This document shows positions 61,548 to 63,871 of a stretch of DNA of 63,871 nt, one piece after another. The notes beneath the pieces are model-generated. The model was given only the letters and a program-made list of their open reading frames with translations. It did no database searches and was not told the DNA's origin. Numbering within the stretch: the first letter of the stretch is position 1; the number at the start of each line of letters is the position of its first letter. The DNA is from Lytechinus pictus. Lineage: Eukaryota. The DNA is taken from the NCBI RefSeq assembly GCF_037042905.1, contig NC_087252.1, positions 13,950,001-14,013,871 on the forward strand, in the 5' to 3' direction. The position numbers were made by a program, and so were the translations under genes.

Positions 61548-63871
61548 CATAGGCGAATCCAGGGGGCCCGAGTGCCCCTCCCCCTATTGACGGGTCAAAT
61601 AAATTGGGAAAAACGGGGAAAGAAAGAAAAAAAGAAGGGGAAAGATAGGAGAAAAATAAGAAGACGAAACATAAAAGGAGGAAGACGAGTGAATAAAATA
61701 AGGTCAGGAGAAGACTTGGAAAATAATTTTTGAAAATATTTAATGTCACTATATTAAAATTTCGCTCGCGTATCACGCTCGCATTGCCTGTTCGATGAGA
61801 TACATATCTCGGTCAATATAGGCTGATATATAGTTCAAAATATCAAGTTTTGAAGTCAATATACAAAACATAATTCAGCTCGGACATCGATCTTTCATTT
61901 TTTTTGTTTTATTTGCCAATTTAATTTGTTTAAGTGCTCTGGAAAATGTCCGTTTTATGGTGTGAATCAACATTTGCAACATTTTGTGCGCTCGCATTAT
62001 TTGCTATGTAGGCCTACCTATTGCATTTTTGTATTTCATATAACATTATCTAAATATTCCTTCTCAGGTTTCTCGATTCTAAAAAAAAATGAGGGCCTTT
62101 GCTAACGCTGTGCTCTCGCATTTTGGTGAGTTATGTACACCTATATATTAATTCTATAAAAAACTACTTAAATTCCCCCCATTTAAAAAATTCGGATCGC
62201 GATTTGCGCTCGCGTTATTTGCTAAAAATATATCAATCAATGAATCCTATTCATGATTATAAAAATACTTAAAATTTCCAGTTTTCAGGCCTCATACACT
62301 GTCAACAAATTTCACACACTCATTAGGCTTATTAGATTAATAAATATGAAATAAATTTTTTATGAATTCATAATAACTAAATTGTCCCTTTTTCATAAAT
62401 AAATATCGACACGTTTTAGGAAAAGAAATAGAAGATAGCCATCATTCTTATATGATGACAAAATATCCTTAGGCCTAAAATATCTCGATCCTAGGTTAAA
62501 ATAATAATAAAATATCAGCTCACGCTTCGCGCTCGCATCATTTATCTAGTGGTATCCACATCGACGTCACAATTTCCCTAAATACACAGTGCCGTAAATA
62601 GTGCTTAAGTTGACTCATTTCATATCGGAATTTCAAATATTATATTCAACTCGCGCTCTGCGCTCGCATTATTGATTTTCATGATGAAAAATGAAATGTA
62701 TTCAGAATGCAGATTCTGTCTAACTCTAAAACACGCGCACGCATGTTTTTTTTAGATACGCAGCTTGATCTTATTCAAAACGTACTAAAATTATCCAGTT
62801 TCAGATCAGAATATCAAAAATTTTCTGCTCGCGCTTTGCGCTCGCATTATGAAGACACCAAAAATTACCCATCCTTTTTCATGATTGACAAAACATGACT
62901 CGAGTGTCCCGTTGGGGGGTTTGAAATCTCATCTTTTTAGGTTGGAATATCAGAAATGTTCAGCTCGCGCTTCGCGCTCACATTATTTAATCGTTGAAAT
63001 ATGTATCGTCTTAATGGCTAACTGCAAAACGTCCTCAACAGGTCCCTTTTCGACTAGGCCAGAATGCATATTTAAAGGTCAAGTCCACCCCAGAAAAATG
63101 TTGATTTGAATAAATAGAGAAAAATCAAACATACATAACGCTGAAAACTTCATCAAAATCGGATGTAAAATAAGTTATGACATTTTAAAATTTCGCTTAT
63201 TAAAAAAAAACAGTTCTATGCTCGACTCAATGATATGCAAATGAGAGAGTCGATGATGTCACTCACTCACTATTTCTTTTGTTTTTTATTGTTTGAATAA
63301 TACAATATTTCAATTTTTACGAATTCGACAATTAGGACCCCCTTGCTTGAACCACAAAATTTTAAAATAATTGAATTACATGTGTTCAGGGAGGAATGAA
63401 ACTTTGTTTCACATGACTATGACGAGAAAAATTTCATATTTCACACAATAAAATACAAAAGAAATAGTGAGTGGGTGATGTCATCGGTCCCCTCATTTGC
63501 ATACCGACCAGGATGTGCATATAAATGTTGTGAAAAATTAAGCAAAACTTTAAAATGTTATAACTTTCTTTTTTTACATCCAATTTTGATAAAAATTGTC
63601 AGTGTTATGTTTGTTTCTTTTTCCACTTTCTATTCAAAGCAACTTTTTGTTGGGGTGGACTTGTCCTTTAACACTTCTGATCGCGCTTCGCGCTCATGGT
63701 AATTATCTAGTTACATAACGCGTTCTGTTCAGGTTCACAACATTGCCCAGAATTTTCAATTTTCAGGACAAAATACATGAAATTTCTTTTTTTTTTAGCT
63801 TACATAGGGCTTATGAGATTATTACACATTTATGTTGTTTATATAAAGTAAAGCTAGGAAATGACTTTTAG
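61548..63871 (+). mobile_element. Second copy of the 6314-8117 element family, interrupted by a MITE
   Basis: Collinear similarity (aagacgagtgaataa..aagacttggaaaataat.., repeated gcgcttcgcgctcgca). Confidence 0.65.
63076..63667. mobile_element. Kolobok-like MITE
   Basis: TIR aggtcaagtccacccca / tggggtggacttgtcct with a TTAA TSD on both sides. Confidence 0.8.

Overview
AT-rich, intron-containing eukaryotic DNA. The repeat families and gene types suggest an echinoderm, probably a sea urchin (inference). The dominant structure is a 25.6-kb CACTA/EnSpm-type DNA transposon (30555-56130). It has CACTGTAAAA TIRs, a TA target duplication and AAACAC subterminal arrays. It carries two apparently intact minus-strand genes: a single-exon C2H2-finger DDE transposase (44065-46641), and a 7-exon, 498-aa accessory gene (34267-39941) that I assembled by hand. 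That protein begins with a complete CIDE-N domain (the apoptotic DFF40/DFF45-type interaction domain) and ends in a SAMD3-like region. The transposon sits, co-oriented, in an intron of a host gene built from tandem one-exon, phase-1 death-domain-like modules (26717-57188). It hosts a Harbinger element (47477-55662) in its probable 5' leader exon and an Academ-like foldback (40355-43723). Left of it lie a convergent Ig V + C1-like + TM receptor gene (17461-20701) and a near-intact single-ORF L2 LINE with a 2A-like peptide (10611-14440). The rest is LINE fragments, many MITEs (Kolobok-, Harbinger- and hAT-like), a tRNA-derived SINE and simple repeats. All calls come from reading the sequence; no database search was run.
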